64,000 nt of DNA from Lama glama (Eukaryota). This document shows, piece by piece, positions 50,619 through 62,309 of this stretch; position 1 is the first letter of the stretch, and every line of letters begins with the position of its first letter. The position numbers and the translations under genes were made by a program. The stretch spans positions 9,488,001 through 9,552,000 of the forward strand of contig CM052818.1 of NCBI GenBank assembly GCA_028534125.1, written 5' to 3'. The notes under the pieces were generated by a model. That model searched no databases, was not told where the DNA came from, and saw only the letters and a list, made by a program, of their open reading frames with translations.

Positions 50619-50807
50619 CGGTTGACCCTTGAACAACACAGGTTTGAACTATGTGGGTCCACTTATGCACAGATTTTTTTTTCAATAAATATTGTGGTTG
50701 GTTGAATCTGAGGATGCAGAGGAACCTCAGACACAGAGAGTCAACTATGGGACTTGAATATCTGCACATTTTGGTGTATCCTGAGGCTCCATACCATAGA
50801 GCAACTG
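50619..50807 (+). mobile_element. Short Tigger2/MER8-like MITE with TA target duplication
   Basis: ta-cggttgacccttgaacaacacaggtttgaact ... gcaactg-ta. Confidence 0.8.
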
Positions 50808-51614
50808 TACTTACCTTTTTTTTCCTTCCTTACCATTTTATCTTTTGTTCTGCAGGATTTTCCACATGCTGCCTTTAACCTATTGCATCCTTCTGGTGTT
50901 ACTTAACATATTCCTCTATCCTCCTCCCTTTTCCTAATTTTTAAAAAACTGGTAGATGCAGACAATTGATTAGATCATAAGTTTATTTTTGTTTTTCTTT
51001 TTTTAATAAAGTTGCCACTTCAGTTTTTTCACTAAGAATTTTCCTCTGGAATCCTCTCAAGGAGCTAGAATTCTCTACAGTTGTCTACATAATTACTGAA
51101 TTATGTGTATGTATAGATAGGTAGTACAGTTCAATAGAGGAGTTACTGTGATTAAGAGATATCTTGAAATTATGCCTTAGATAAGCATAAAATAAGGTGT
51201 ATTTATTATGTAGAGAACATAATTTGTTTTTAAACAGAAAGAAAGTGGATCATACTCAGATCATGTATTAATAGGAATAAAATATTGTACAGTGTGACAT
51301 TTATGAAGACTAAGAAGAAAATAGTATTCCACTTTATTATAATAAGACTGCAGATTGTCATCATGTAGCTTGTGCACTATAATGTAAGTGGTATCCATGG
51401 AATTCTGTAATATGATGACCCTAATTATGACTTAAGGCATTTTAGATTTTGGGCTAACAGTTGAAGAATCTCTTTTGGTAAGAACTTCAAATAATTCAGA
51501 TGTCAACTGGAAGTAAAATCCTTATGTAATTTTTATTCAATTTTATAAGTATTTGTTGAATGTTAAAATCACACTATTCTCTTTTTCTTTTCTTTTAAAT
51601 ATATATTTTTACAG

Positions 51615-51695
51615 TGGTTTTTGGACCGTATGGCTGATGATGATTGGTGGCCAATGCAGATACTAATTAAGTGCCCTAATCAAATTGTGAGACAG
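51615..51695 (+). CDS. USP34: USP34 exon w31: WFLDRMADDDWWPMQILIKCPNQIVRQ
   Basis: ttacag/TGG ... CAG/gtaaaa; 81 nt. Confidence 0.95.
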
Positions 51696-52339
51696 GTAAA
51701 AAAAAAATTTATTCGAAAAACAAGTGGCTTTCAAGTTAATTTGTTCCGAAGTTGCCTGTGAATATGTTTTAACCCAGCATTTGATAGCCTATCACAGAAG
51801 TCATTTTGCTATTGTTTTCACCAGCCTCTTTTGGCAAATCAGCTGTCATTCCAGTCAGGTGATTAAAATCATTCACATTTCCAAGTTACAGAAAAATAAC
51901 TGCAACTGCGTATTTTCTCAGATTTTACTCTGACTACTTTAAGAGTTGTACTGATTCTTTTCAGATCCTTATATAGTCTAAACATGGTAGGGTACTGTGA
52001 TGGCCTTGAAAGTTAAATGAACATAACTTACTGAATGTAACTTAAATGAATTTAACTTATTTCTGTGACGGATCCTGAACTGTCACATGAATCAATTTGC
52101 TTTTCTTAAATCATTGGAAAAATTAACAGGGAAGAAAATACATGCATATGTATATGTATGTATTTATTTTATTTCTTTAAAAATTTTTTTTGTAATTGGT
52201 TATTTTTATTAATAACTTTTAAGTTTAGTACAAAATTTAGGTGACCCCAGGTGTATGTATTTATTTACATATATGTATTTTTATATGTATATGTACACAC
52301 ACACGCATATTTATGACACAAAAGCAAAAATTTAATCTG

Positions 52340-53140
52340 AAATATGCCACTTCCCAGTTACTCTTGAGATACAATTCTTATATCGTAAAACTTACCAAAA
52401 CTTTTTAAAGTATAAAATTTAGTGGTTTTTAGTATATTCCCAAACTATGTGACCATCATCTAATTTTATAATACCCTGAGAAGAAATCTACCTATTAGCA
52501 GTTACTCCCGTTTTATACTGTCCCTTTTTTCCAGCCCTTGGCAACCATTAATCTACTTTCTGTCTCTATGGATTTGCCTATTCTGACCATTTCATATAAG
52601 TAGAATCATATGGTATGTGGGTCTTCTGTGACTGGTTGTTTTGACTTAACAGTGTCTTCAGGGTTTATCCATGTTGTAGCTTTTATCTGTGCTTCGTTTC
52701 TTCTTATTGCCAAATAATATTCTGTTTATCCATTCAACAGTTGATGAACACTTGGGATGTTTCCACTTTTTGGCTCTTTTGCATAACACTGCTCTGAACA
52801 TTTGTTTACACATGTGTGGACATATGTTTTCAGTTCTTTTGGATATATATGCAGGAATAAATTGTTGGGTCATGTGGTTACTATATGTTCAACATTTATA
52901 GGAACTACCATACTTTTTTCATGATGTCTGCACCAGTTTACATTCCCACCAGCAATCTATGAAGGTTCCAGTTTTGCTCCATTTTCTTCAACATATGTTA
53001 TTGTCTTCTTGATTTTAGCCATCTTAATGGGTATAAAGTAGTATCTCATTATGGTTTTGGTTTGCATTTCCTTAGTAATTAATGATATTGAATATCTTTT
53101 CATGTGCCTCTTGGCCATTTGTATATTTTACTTAGAGATT
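52340..53140 (-). mobile_element. L1MB-type 3' end
   Basis: Minus-strand remnant QMFRAVLCKRAKKWKHPKCSSTVEWIN plus 3'UTR motifs. Confidence 0.85.
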
Positions 53141-53575
53141 CCCTAGACATTTTTAATCCGTGTTGTTTTGGATAAACTTAAATCATATTTCCTTCTCCTA
53201 GTCATTGAACTTCTGATAAGCGGCTGTCCTGCCCGACTCCGCTCTTCTGAAAGATGCTGAGTTTTCTTTTCTCTGTATCTCCACTAGTTAAGAAGGTTTT
53301 GGTTGAGCTTTATCTTGGGTAATCTCTATTACTGAATCGTGTAGTTTGTTGCTGCTTTTTCCCTTACGAAAAAATGGAATATTGTTTTTCAACCTAACTC
53401 TACCTTGTTTCTTAAGTCTGTAGTTAAGACTCCAGGAAAGTTTTAGAATATGAAAAGATAATCTGTACGCAGAATATAAATGGGTAACAAAGAGTTTTTA
53501 ATTGTGTTAATTTTTCAGTATCTTTGTTACTTGCCTTCTGTTGACTCTTAGGTTGTTGTATCTTTTCATTTATAG

Positions 53576-53661
53576 ATGTTTCAGCGCTTGTGTATCCATG
53601 TGATTCAGAGACTTAGACCTGTACATGCTCATCTCTATCTACAGCCAGGAATGGAAGATGG
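53576..53661 (+). CDS. USP34: USP34 exon w32: MFQRLCIHVIQRLRPVHAHLYLQPGMED(G)
   Basis: ttatag/ATG ... GG/gtaaga; 86 nt. Confidence 0.95.
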
Positions 53662-54054
53662 GTAAGAAGTATTCCTTTTGAACTGAATGTTTTATTTTTA
53701 AGCTTTTTGATGATCTGCCTATAGATCATCAAATTTAAATATATGTATTTAAATATTTAGGTTCTTCTATTTGAAGATAATATGTAATAATATAAATCAA
53801 GGACCAAAATTTTCATCCTGTTTATTTAAGTGCATTTTCAAAATCCACTACAAATAACTTTGACTTGGTCTTTTTGTTTTAATTGATTTAGCCAGACACA
53901 ATAACTGGAATCCAACTATTTGTATTATTGTAACTGGTGTTCATTATTACAAAGATAAAAGAGATAAATTCAGCTTTTTAAACTATTTCTCCTCCCAAAT
54001 TATCTATCCCAAGACTTCACACTTTATCTAAGATATATTAAATTATGTTTTCAG

Positions 54055-54223
54055 GTCAGATGATATGGATGCTTCAGTAGAAGATATAGGTGGTCGTTCA
54101 TGTGTCACTCGATTTGTGAGAACTCTGTTATTAATTATGGAACATGGTGTAAAGCCTCACAGTAAACATCTTACAGAGTATTTTGCCTTCCTTTACGAAT
54201 TTGCCAAAATGGGTGAAGAAGAG
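54055..54223 (+). CDS. USP34: USP34 exon w33: SDDMDASVEDIGGRSCVTRFVRTLLLIMEHGVKPHSKHLTEYFAFLYEFAKMGEEE
   Basis: tttcag/G ... GAG/gtacag; 169 nt. Confidence 0.95.
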
Positions 54224-54322
54224 GTACAGCTATATTTTGTTTATTTCTGGAATTATGTACTTATTTTCAGTATTTAAAACTTAATTGTTTTTGTATTTTA
54301 AAATCAATATTTTTATTTTTAG

Positions 54323-54397
54323 AGCCAGTTTTTGCTTTCACTGCAAGCCATATCTACAATGGTACATTTTTACATGGGAACCAAAGGGCCTGAAAAT
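54323..54397 (+). CDS. USP34: USP34 exon w34: SQFLLSLQAISTMVHFYMGTKGPEN
   Basis: ttttag/AGC ... AAT/gtaagt; 75 nt. Confidence 0.95.
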
Positions 54398-54789
54398 GTA
54401 AGTACAGTTATGTCATATCAGGAATTTAGAGGCCATGTCTTCAAGTTTGCATCATGGAAAGTCAATAGATACTAGGTTACTTTTAAGTCTATTCTAACCC
54501 TGATATTAAATAATTTTAGGGGTCTAAGTTGGGTTGGTGTTTGTAATGGATATAGCAGGAAAAGAAATGATCAAGTGATGTTTCACTGGTAGGGCCCTGC
54601 ATCACAGAGAATAAATTGAGGCAAAATGGCCACCACCTACTTTAGGGTCCTATCAGTAGCATGTTGATTTTGGTAACATTTTTGTTGGCCATATTTTTTA
54701 AGCCCTTTGCTATTAAGCTTGTCAGAGTCTTCCAAAAATTCAAGTAGCTGGTGTATTCATAATATTAGAGTATTACGTCAATTTTGTGT

Positions 54790-55020
54790 TGTCTGAAATG
54801 ACCACATTGGATTGAGTGCTCTGTTTTCACTATCTTATTTAATCCTTGTTGCAGCCCTAAGAGGTAAGTACTATTGTTATCTCCATTTTATAGATGGGGA
54901 ACTTGAGGCATAAAGAAGTTACTTTAAAAAAAAAATAAGTTAACTCGTTTTAGATCACAGTGAGTTGGGCTTCCATCCTTGGTTAGACTCCTGAGCAAAA
55001 CTGTTAACAACTATGCTGTA
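54790..55020 (-). mobile_element. MIR; strand tentative
   Basis: 'ccctaagaggtaagtactattgttatctccattttatagatggggaacttgaggc'. Confidence 0.72.
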
Positions 55021-55549
55021 ATGCTTGTCCAAATATGTACTATTATTATCTAGTTCCAGCCTATATGGTTAGTTGTTTAGACTGCGTTTCTTTTACTCTG
55101 TTAGATCATAAGATCTTACTCTTGCATTTCAAAGCCCAAATGATACTTCTTTGAGATACTATTTGGATTATCTGAAAACTGCAAATAAGGATTTCTTAAT
55201 TCATGTAACTGGCATTTTTATTAAATAGGAAGTCTGTTTTATCATTCTCATAAATTTTTATTCTGATTTATCTTCCTATGTAGGCTTGCTGTAAGACAAA
55301 ATAAATTATTATTAAAGAATTTGTCTCTTTAGGTAAGGTATATAGTCACAGTATTGGGAATTGTTGTTTTTCATGCTCTGCTAAGTCGAAAATTGTCCTA
55401 AATGCAGTTTAGACTTTGAAGTTAGGGTTAGGCCTATGAGTGGTTATTTTTCATGATACATGCTCCTGCTACCATCTACCCTGCTGTTAGCTCTCAACAT
55501 AGTGTTAAAAATTAATATCATATTAAAAATAGATTTTGTTCTTCTCTAG

Positions 55550-55701
55550 CCTCAAGTTGAAGTGTTGTCAGAGGAAGAAGGGGAAGAAGAAGAGGAGGAA
55601 GAAGATATTCTCTCCTTGGCAGAAGAAAAATACAGGCCAGCTGCCCTTGAAAAAATGATAGCTTTAGTTGCTCTTTTGGTTGAACAGTCTCGCTCAGAAA
55701 G
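55550..55701 (+). CDS. USP34: USP34 exon w35: PQVEVLSEEEGEEEEEEEDILSLAEEKYRPAALEKMIALVALLVEQSRSE(R), acidic tract
   Basis: ctctag/CCT ... AG/gtgaaa; 152 nt. Confidence 0.94.
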
Positions 55702-56301
55702 GTGAAATGTTTCAACATTCAAAGTGCTTTAAAGCATGTTTGATTTTATTCCTTTTACATAATTGTTTTACCACTATTAACCCAATAACTTTTGTTGCTT
55801 AAATCTTTTTAAATAACAACACTATTCATCAACTCTTGTAGCATAACTATTTCAATCCTTTGTATCAAACTCTTACTTTGCCTCCGAGTCATGTTAGAAA
55901 AATATACATTGAAGAAATATACAGTAAAGTATCTAGCAAAATTATATGTGCATTCATCTTTTAACCTAGCAACTCCACTTCTGGGAATCTGTTCCCAAAA
56001 TACAGAAAGATGTTATATGTAGTGCTATTTACTGAAGCAGTGCTTATAAATAGCAAAAGATTGAAAATGTCCACAAAGAGGGGACTAGTTGAAGAAACGG
56101 AGCATCCACTCAGTAGAGTAACCTATACAGAAAAAAAGGAAGTATGGAATATATCTGTACTACCATGGAGAATAATTTAGGGTAGATATTACTATGTGAA
56201 AAAAAAATAAGGTGGGGAAAAGTATAGTATGCTACTTTTTAGAAAAAAGGTGAGGCTGTGTAAAAGTGAGTGAGAAAGAGTGTGTTTGTGTGTGTGTACA
56301 T

Positions 56302-56990
56302 ATAGCCAGTCCTCATTATTCATGGATTTCCAATTTGTGTATTTGCCTACTTAGTAAAATTTCCTTGTAATCCCCAAAATACTACTTGTGGAGCTTTTAT
56401 AGTCATTTGTAGTTTGTGTACAATTATGTACAGATTAGTAATGTATATGTACAGATTAGTAAAAAAAAAAAAATTTGAGTGGGTTTGACACATGCTTTCC
56501 CAGCTGAGGTCAAACATCATGACCCTCTGCCTTCCCATTTCAGTTCTCATATTGTAAACAAATGCTTTTGTGAAGTATATGCCACTTTTTTCACATTTAT
56601 ACTTTTTGTTGGTGATTGGCTGTTTATGACAGCCCCATAAATAGTGCTAAATGCTGTCTAGTGTGTTCCTTAAGCCCAAGAAAGCCATAATCTGCTGTAG
56701 GTAGAAAATACGCATTAGGTAAGCTCATTCAGGTTTGGTTACAGTGCTGTTTACTGTGCGTTCAGTACTAATGAATCAACATTAAATCAGATATCTAAAA
56801 TTTAAATGAAACATAAAGCAAGGTAACATACTGATCTATTGATGAAAGTTGTGACCAGAGGTTCACAGGAACCTAACTGTGTTATGTTCCCTATGAGCAA
56901 TGAGTTGGTATTCACTAATTCAGTATTCACTGATTCAGTATTTTCAGCTCTTTACAGAATATAAGTACTACAAATGACAGGAATTGACTA
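56302..56990 (+). mobile_element. MER82-like Tigger element nested in old L1
   Basis: 'cagtcctcattattcatggatttcc...tgcctacttagtaaaattt' and end 'caaatgacaggaattgacta'. Confidence 0.7.
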
Positions 56991-56999
56991 TTTTTTTAA

Positions 57000-58885
57000 A
57001 TTGAAGACTAAATTTTAAAAAATAAACTTTAAAAAAAGTTTCCAGTGGTTGTTTGAGGGGAAAACAGGCTGGAGGGGACAGGAATGGCAGTTTGACTTCT
57101 TTGAATATAGTATATTGTTTTGTTTTTTAGATTTATCTTTGGAATTATGTAAATGTTTCAATAATTATAAATAAATTAATAAAATGTAGTCCCTAAAAAA
57201 TCAGAAGCAGACTGAAATAAATGAGCCTAACTGTCCATTGAGTTGGTGACATGGCCACTGGAGTGGAATTAAAGTGACTTTAGAATACATTAATTTAACT
57301 GTAATTTTTAGTAGGATGTACCTGAAGGACAAAAAGAATTGTTAAATTATCCTAAAGTGTTTCACTAATTATATTGTTAGTAGTACAATTAGAATTATCA
57401 TTATGAAACTATTTATATTAGAGAATAAAGGAAGTAAGTGTTAATGTCCTTAGAAACCAAGATTTTCAGAAAACGAGATATACAAATATAAAATTGTAGG
57501 GTGTTTACTTAACTTTTAAAACTAAATTTGAATTTGGGAATGTCAGGAGACCTCATGGTATATTTTTTCTTAAGTAAACAAAAAATGTATTGTGTATCTC
57601 CATTTATCTGAAAAGGCCTAGAAATCCTGCTCAGCCCAGGATCAATGAGTGCCCCTGTCATGTAGATACCATTTCCTGCTGAAAAGAAATCAAGGTTCCT
57701 TGGGAAAATGGATAATTCTAGGTCTTGGACAAGAAATTAATGGGAAGCCTGGAACGATATGCATTTTGGAAGGCAAGGAGGCTGTCAAAGACTACTGAGG
57801 TCATGTTAAAAGGACTCAAGCATCAACTTGAGGTTTCTACTGGTCATAGATTAGACAACCTGAGTATCAATAATAGTAACTGTGAGTGGACTAAAACACA
57901 TCATAAATGTTTACATCCGTGAGTTCATAATGATACCTAAAAAACAAAAACTTTAAATTTTGGCAACCTTTGGAGTATATTAAGAAACTGAACAATAATT
58001 TTGGAAACTTACTAATAAAGAAACAATATCAAGCATTTATCTTACTTGCAAGAATTATACCTTGTGGCACCCAAATGGTAAATGAGAGGGATGTTCGTCA
58101 TCAGAGGTATTTGAGCTAATAAATGCGCAAAAAATGCTGGAATTAGGATACATTATTTTGCATCCCTAATGAAATAATGCATCTAGGAAACAGTCATCGT
58201 TGTCTGAAAACATTACAAAAAGAGGGACAACTTTTCATTGTGTGCCTCCTAATGAAAGTTCACACCACCACCTATAAGGTATTCTTGATTAAAAAGTCAA
58301 ACCTAGATCTGATCAAGGCTCTAGATCTGACTGCCATTTTATAGGAAATATGGGGACAGAGGAACACGTTAAAACAACACAACAAGGATATAATCAGCAA
58401 AATGGAAGTATGGGAAATTCTACAGGACAAACCACCTGCTTTCTTCAACAGATTAATTGCAAGATAAAAACAAAATTGGAAGGGAAACCAGTTGTCTAAA
58501 TGAAATTTAAAAGACATTTCAACGAATGGCAACAGAGGACTTTGTTGGATCCTGATTCAAACATTAACTATAAAAAAAATTTTTTAGAAACATGAGGAAA
58601 TTGTACATGGACTGGATATTGTATATTAATAAGAAATTGTTAATTTATTTTCAGTTGAATAATGGTAGTGTGATTATGTTTTTGAAATTTATGTTAAAGA
58701 TGTACTGAGATTTATGGACTAAGTGATAAAATATGTGAAATTGCTTCAGAATAGTTCATGTTGAGTGAGTAGGAGGTACAAATGAAACAAGACTGACCAT
58801 GAGTTGGTAATTTGAAGCTGAATGATGGAATACCTACACTATTCTATTTTTGTATGTGTCTGGAATTTTCTATAAGTTAAAAAAA
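57000..58885 (+). mobile_element. Old L1MC-type 3' region (approximate)
   Basis: 'aacctagatctgatcaaggctctagatctgactgccattttatagg', 'ttggatcctgattcaaac', terminal A-rich tail. Confidence 0.7.
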
Positions 58886-59262
58886 GAAGTGAGCAGCAAT
58901 TTTAAACTTGAAAGTGAAATTCTCTATTTCTTAGAAGTTCATTTCATTTTGAGGTTTCTCTTGTCAAAAAAAGCTCTCTAAACTAGACCCACCCTAGTAT
59001 TATACTATATCAAAATACTGAGTTAATTAAATGGAAATAAAGTAGCCTTGAACTTCCATATACCAATTGTGGAATTCTGAAAAAATGTCTAAAAGATATC
59101 TAACAAGCAAATCTAGCTAGCAAAAAGTTCAAAAATCATTTTATGATGGTGGTTTGGCACACTTGTTATTGAATCAACAATTTTGTTGTGTGTCAAAATG
59201 CAGGTGGCTATGAAGTAGTACAGAGGAGAGAAAAACTTATTGCCACTAATGTTTTCTTTCAG

Positions 59263-59311
59263 GCATCTGACATTATCACAGACTGACATGGCAGCATTAA
59301 CAGGAGGAAAG
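59263..59311 (+). CDS. USP34: USP34 exon w36: HLTLSQTDMAALTGGK
   Basis: tttcag/G ... AAG/gtaatt; 49 nt. Confidence 0.94.
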
Positions 59312-59395
59312 GTAATTCCTTTTCTATATTAGACCACTTGATAATCACAAAAATAACAAAATAGTACTTAAATGAACAACTTTTGCTTTTAACAG

Positions 59396-59500
59396 GGATT
59401 TCCCTTCTTGTTTCAACATATTCGTGATGGCATCAATATAAGACAAACTTGTAATCTGATTTTCAGCCTATGTCGATACAATAATCGACTTGCAGAACAT
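59396..59500 (+). CDS. USP34: USP34 exon w37: GFPFLFQHIRDGINIRQTCNLIFSLCRYNNRLAEH
   Basis: taacag/GGA ... CAT/gtaagt; 105 nt. Confidence 0.95.
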
Positions 59501-59578
59501 GTAAGTGCTGAGAAATAGTCTTAAAGTGTTTCGGTAGTTTTTGAAGAAAATTCTGAAATTTTCCTTTTTTTGTTTTAG

Positions 59579-59623
59579 ATTGTATCTATGCTTTTCACAT
59601 CAATAGCAAAATTGACTCCTGAG
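59579..59623 (+). CDS. USP34: USP34 exon w38: IVSMLFTSIAKLTPE
   Basis: ttttag/ATT ... GAG/gtatgt; 45 nt. Confidence 0.94.
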
Positions 59624-60380
59624 GTATGTAGGCATTTGTTAATTCTTGTTTTTCAAAGTACTCTCACCACTGACAATGCTTTCAGATGAACCTTTCTAAC
59701 TGTACTGGGGAAAAAATTTATCAAGGTTTCCCCCATAAACAATAACCTATTTTTAACTATGTAATTTGAATAAACTGTGTTACCTCTTCATGTCTTATCA
59801 CCAATTAATTTTCCCAATTAAATACAAATTTCCATATAAGTTCAATATATCAGAGTACCACCAAGATACTAAGCTTTAAAATTGTTTGGTTTGAAACATA
59901 TGTTGTATCTCAGAAGAAATTAGATTTATCAGAACTGTGCTGGAGAAATATGTGGAAAATAGAATATAGGATTGTACAAAAGTATTATTGTGAAATGGCA
60001 ATGTTACAGCTACTATGATAATACATGTCAAAAATTAATACGAATTATACCTCAGAGAAAAAGGTTGCTACAGGGAACTTTCAATCTAAATTTTTTAATT
60101 AACATTGTTGTGTCGTAACAGGAGTTTCGATTTTCCCCCCAAATTGACATCCAGAAAAATACATGTTTTCTGTTATGTGTAGCTCCCATGCAATTGACAC
60201 TGTATCCCCAGCTCATCCTGCTGCTTTATGATAGTTCAGGTTCATATGCATGACTACTGAGCTCCCTGACCTAATATAGCAGACCTAAATGTGATGTGTT
60301 GAAGACTTATATTTGTTTCTTTTCCACTGAAAGAGATGGGTTCAAATAGCTCCAAATACAGTCGTGTGTGTGTCTTACAG

Positions 60381-60485
60381 GCAGCCAATCCTTTCTTTAA
60401 ATTGTTGACTATGCTAATGGAGTTTGCTGGTGGACCTCCAGGAATGCCTCCCTTTGCATCTTACATTCTGCAGAGAATATGGGAG
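60381..60485 (+). CDS. USP34: USP34 exon w39: AANPFFKLLTMLMEFAGGPPGMPPFASYILQRIWE
   Basis: ttacag/GCA ... GAG/gtaagt; 105 nt. Confidence 0.95.
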
Positions 60486-60868
60486 GTAAGTCTTACAGCA
60501 GATGTTTCAGTATTTATTTTTTTAAGGTTTTTTTTTCCTAATATAATCACTCCCATTCTAAGTACCAGTTTCTACTTGCCTGGGTAACTCATAATGGTTT
60601 TGGTAAGTCACAGGTCACGGGAAGAAAAGGTGCTTTAGTCAGAAGACATGAGGAAAAAAAGAGTTCTTGGCTAGTTAGTGTCCTAGATGTTTAAAGACTT
60701 TCTCATGGAGTCATGGACAGCTGTCATCCCATCTAAGGTTCTCATTCCCCTACTCTCAAGAAAGATTCTGTAAAGTGGAAGCACTAACCACTTCCTTTTC
60801 TTCAAGAGTTACAGCTGAGGTTACAGAATTTCTCTTTATTGAGTGTTGGAAATGCCCACTCTCTAGAC

Positions 60869-61072
60869 CAGGGGCCCAGCAAACTTTCTCTAACGAGCCA
60901 GATACTAAATATTTTAGGCTTTGTGGGCCATATGGTTTGGAACCACTCAATTACTGTTTTAGCATAAAACCAGCCATAGAAAATACATAAATGGGCATGG
61001 CTATGTTCTAATAAAAACTTAAAAACAGGCAAACCACAGAATTTGGCCCAAGAGCCATAATTCTAGCCCCTA
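60869..61072 (+). mobile_element. MER58A-like hAT MITE
   Basis: caggggcccagcaaactttc...tagccccta with 8-bp TSD ctctagac/ttctagat. Confidence 0.82.
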
Positions 61073-61519
61073 TTCTAGATTCCTAAGATTCCCTTTTCCC
61101 AAGAAAACAATCTTCCCAGCATACAGTGAGCTAGTTTTCATTCTCACTTATGGTAACAGATTGGGCAAACAATAAGAAAAGTAAAGATGAGAAACTAGAG
61201 AATTAAAAGCACTTTTAAATAAGTTTGTAAACTTAAGACCTAAAAGTCATTGGATTCCCTTATTGGTCCTGTTTTGGAGTCCTTGGTTATTATAATTTTA
61301 TTTTGTAAACTAACGACAAATTCTCCTGAACATGTTCCTTTTGATAAAAAATAAGATACTTTAATAAATAGGAAAAAATATGGATGAAACTTCCTAGGCT
61401 CTAGTTTTAAAAAACTATTTTGGGTTTAAAGTGTTTAATGCATATTCTGAAAGTAACTTTGAAAAGTATTCGCTCATTCAGTTGGCCTTAATATTCTGTT
61501 CTTGTCATTTTACTTGCAG

Positions 61520-61667
61520 GTAATTGAATACAATCCTTCTCAGTGTCTGGATTGGTTGGCAGTGCAGACACCCCGAAATAAACTGGCACACAGCTGGGTC
61601 CTACAGAATATGGAAAACTGGGTCGAGCGATTTCTTTTGGCTCACAATTATCCTAGAGTCAGGACTT
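61520..61667 (+). CDS. USP34: USP34 exon w40: VIEYNPSQCLDWLAVQTPRNKLAHSWVLQNMENWVERFLLAHNYPRVRT(S)
   Basis: ttgcag/GTA ... T/gtaagt; 148 nt, phase 0-1. Confidence 0.95.
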
Positions 61668-62309
61668 GTAAGTCAGATACTCAAAAATTAACAAACCATT
61701 TGTTGTTGTTCCAAGTTTCGTTTTGTTTTTTTGTTCGTTTGTTTTGTTTTTAAGGTGACCACAATACCCATTGTATAATGCAGACTCTTAGAGATGTTGT
61801 TTCTAAGGCCAAAATTGTATTAGTATTTGAAAACCTATGGCAGTGTTTTACAAGTATCTCTAGTATTTCTGATTTTTTAAGGGTAGGAAACTATGTCCTT
61901 TTTTGGGTGACATCACCGCCGCTATCATTTTTGTTTCCTTTCTTGATAGAGTGACAGAGCATGATTAGCCTAGTGAAGAGAGTGAAGGGTCAGAAAATCC
62001 TATCTGAAAAGTAACTTGAGAAGGCTAAGAATAAAGTAGCAATGAAGACACAAAGCATGCTGAGAGAAAACAATTCTCTGAAATTACGAGAGTCAAGTGA
62101 TAAAAATCTTTATTGTACATAGGCCAGAAGGGAATAAACAAATTTCTTGGAAGATAGATGGACAAACACCAAAAACAGATACTTCGCAGAAAAGGAAATT
62201 GCTCATAAGTAAACACAGAATATGCTTTCTTTTGATAGTATTAAAAGAAATAAAAAATCAAAATAGTTATTTTTCAGTCTTTAATCATGAAATTTAATCA
62301 TTAAAATCA

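Noticed and set aside
56425..56462. Direct repeat tatgtacagattagtaa x2
   Set aside because: An ordinary slippage duplication inside a DNA-transposon fossil; two copies only, not an array.
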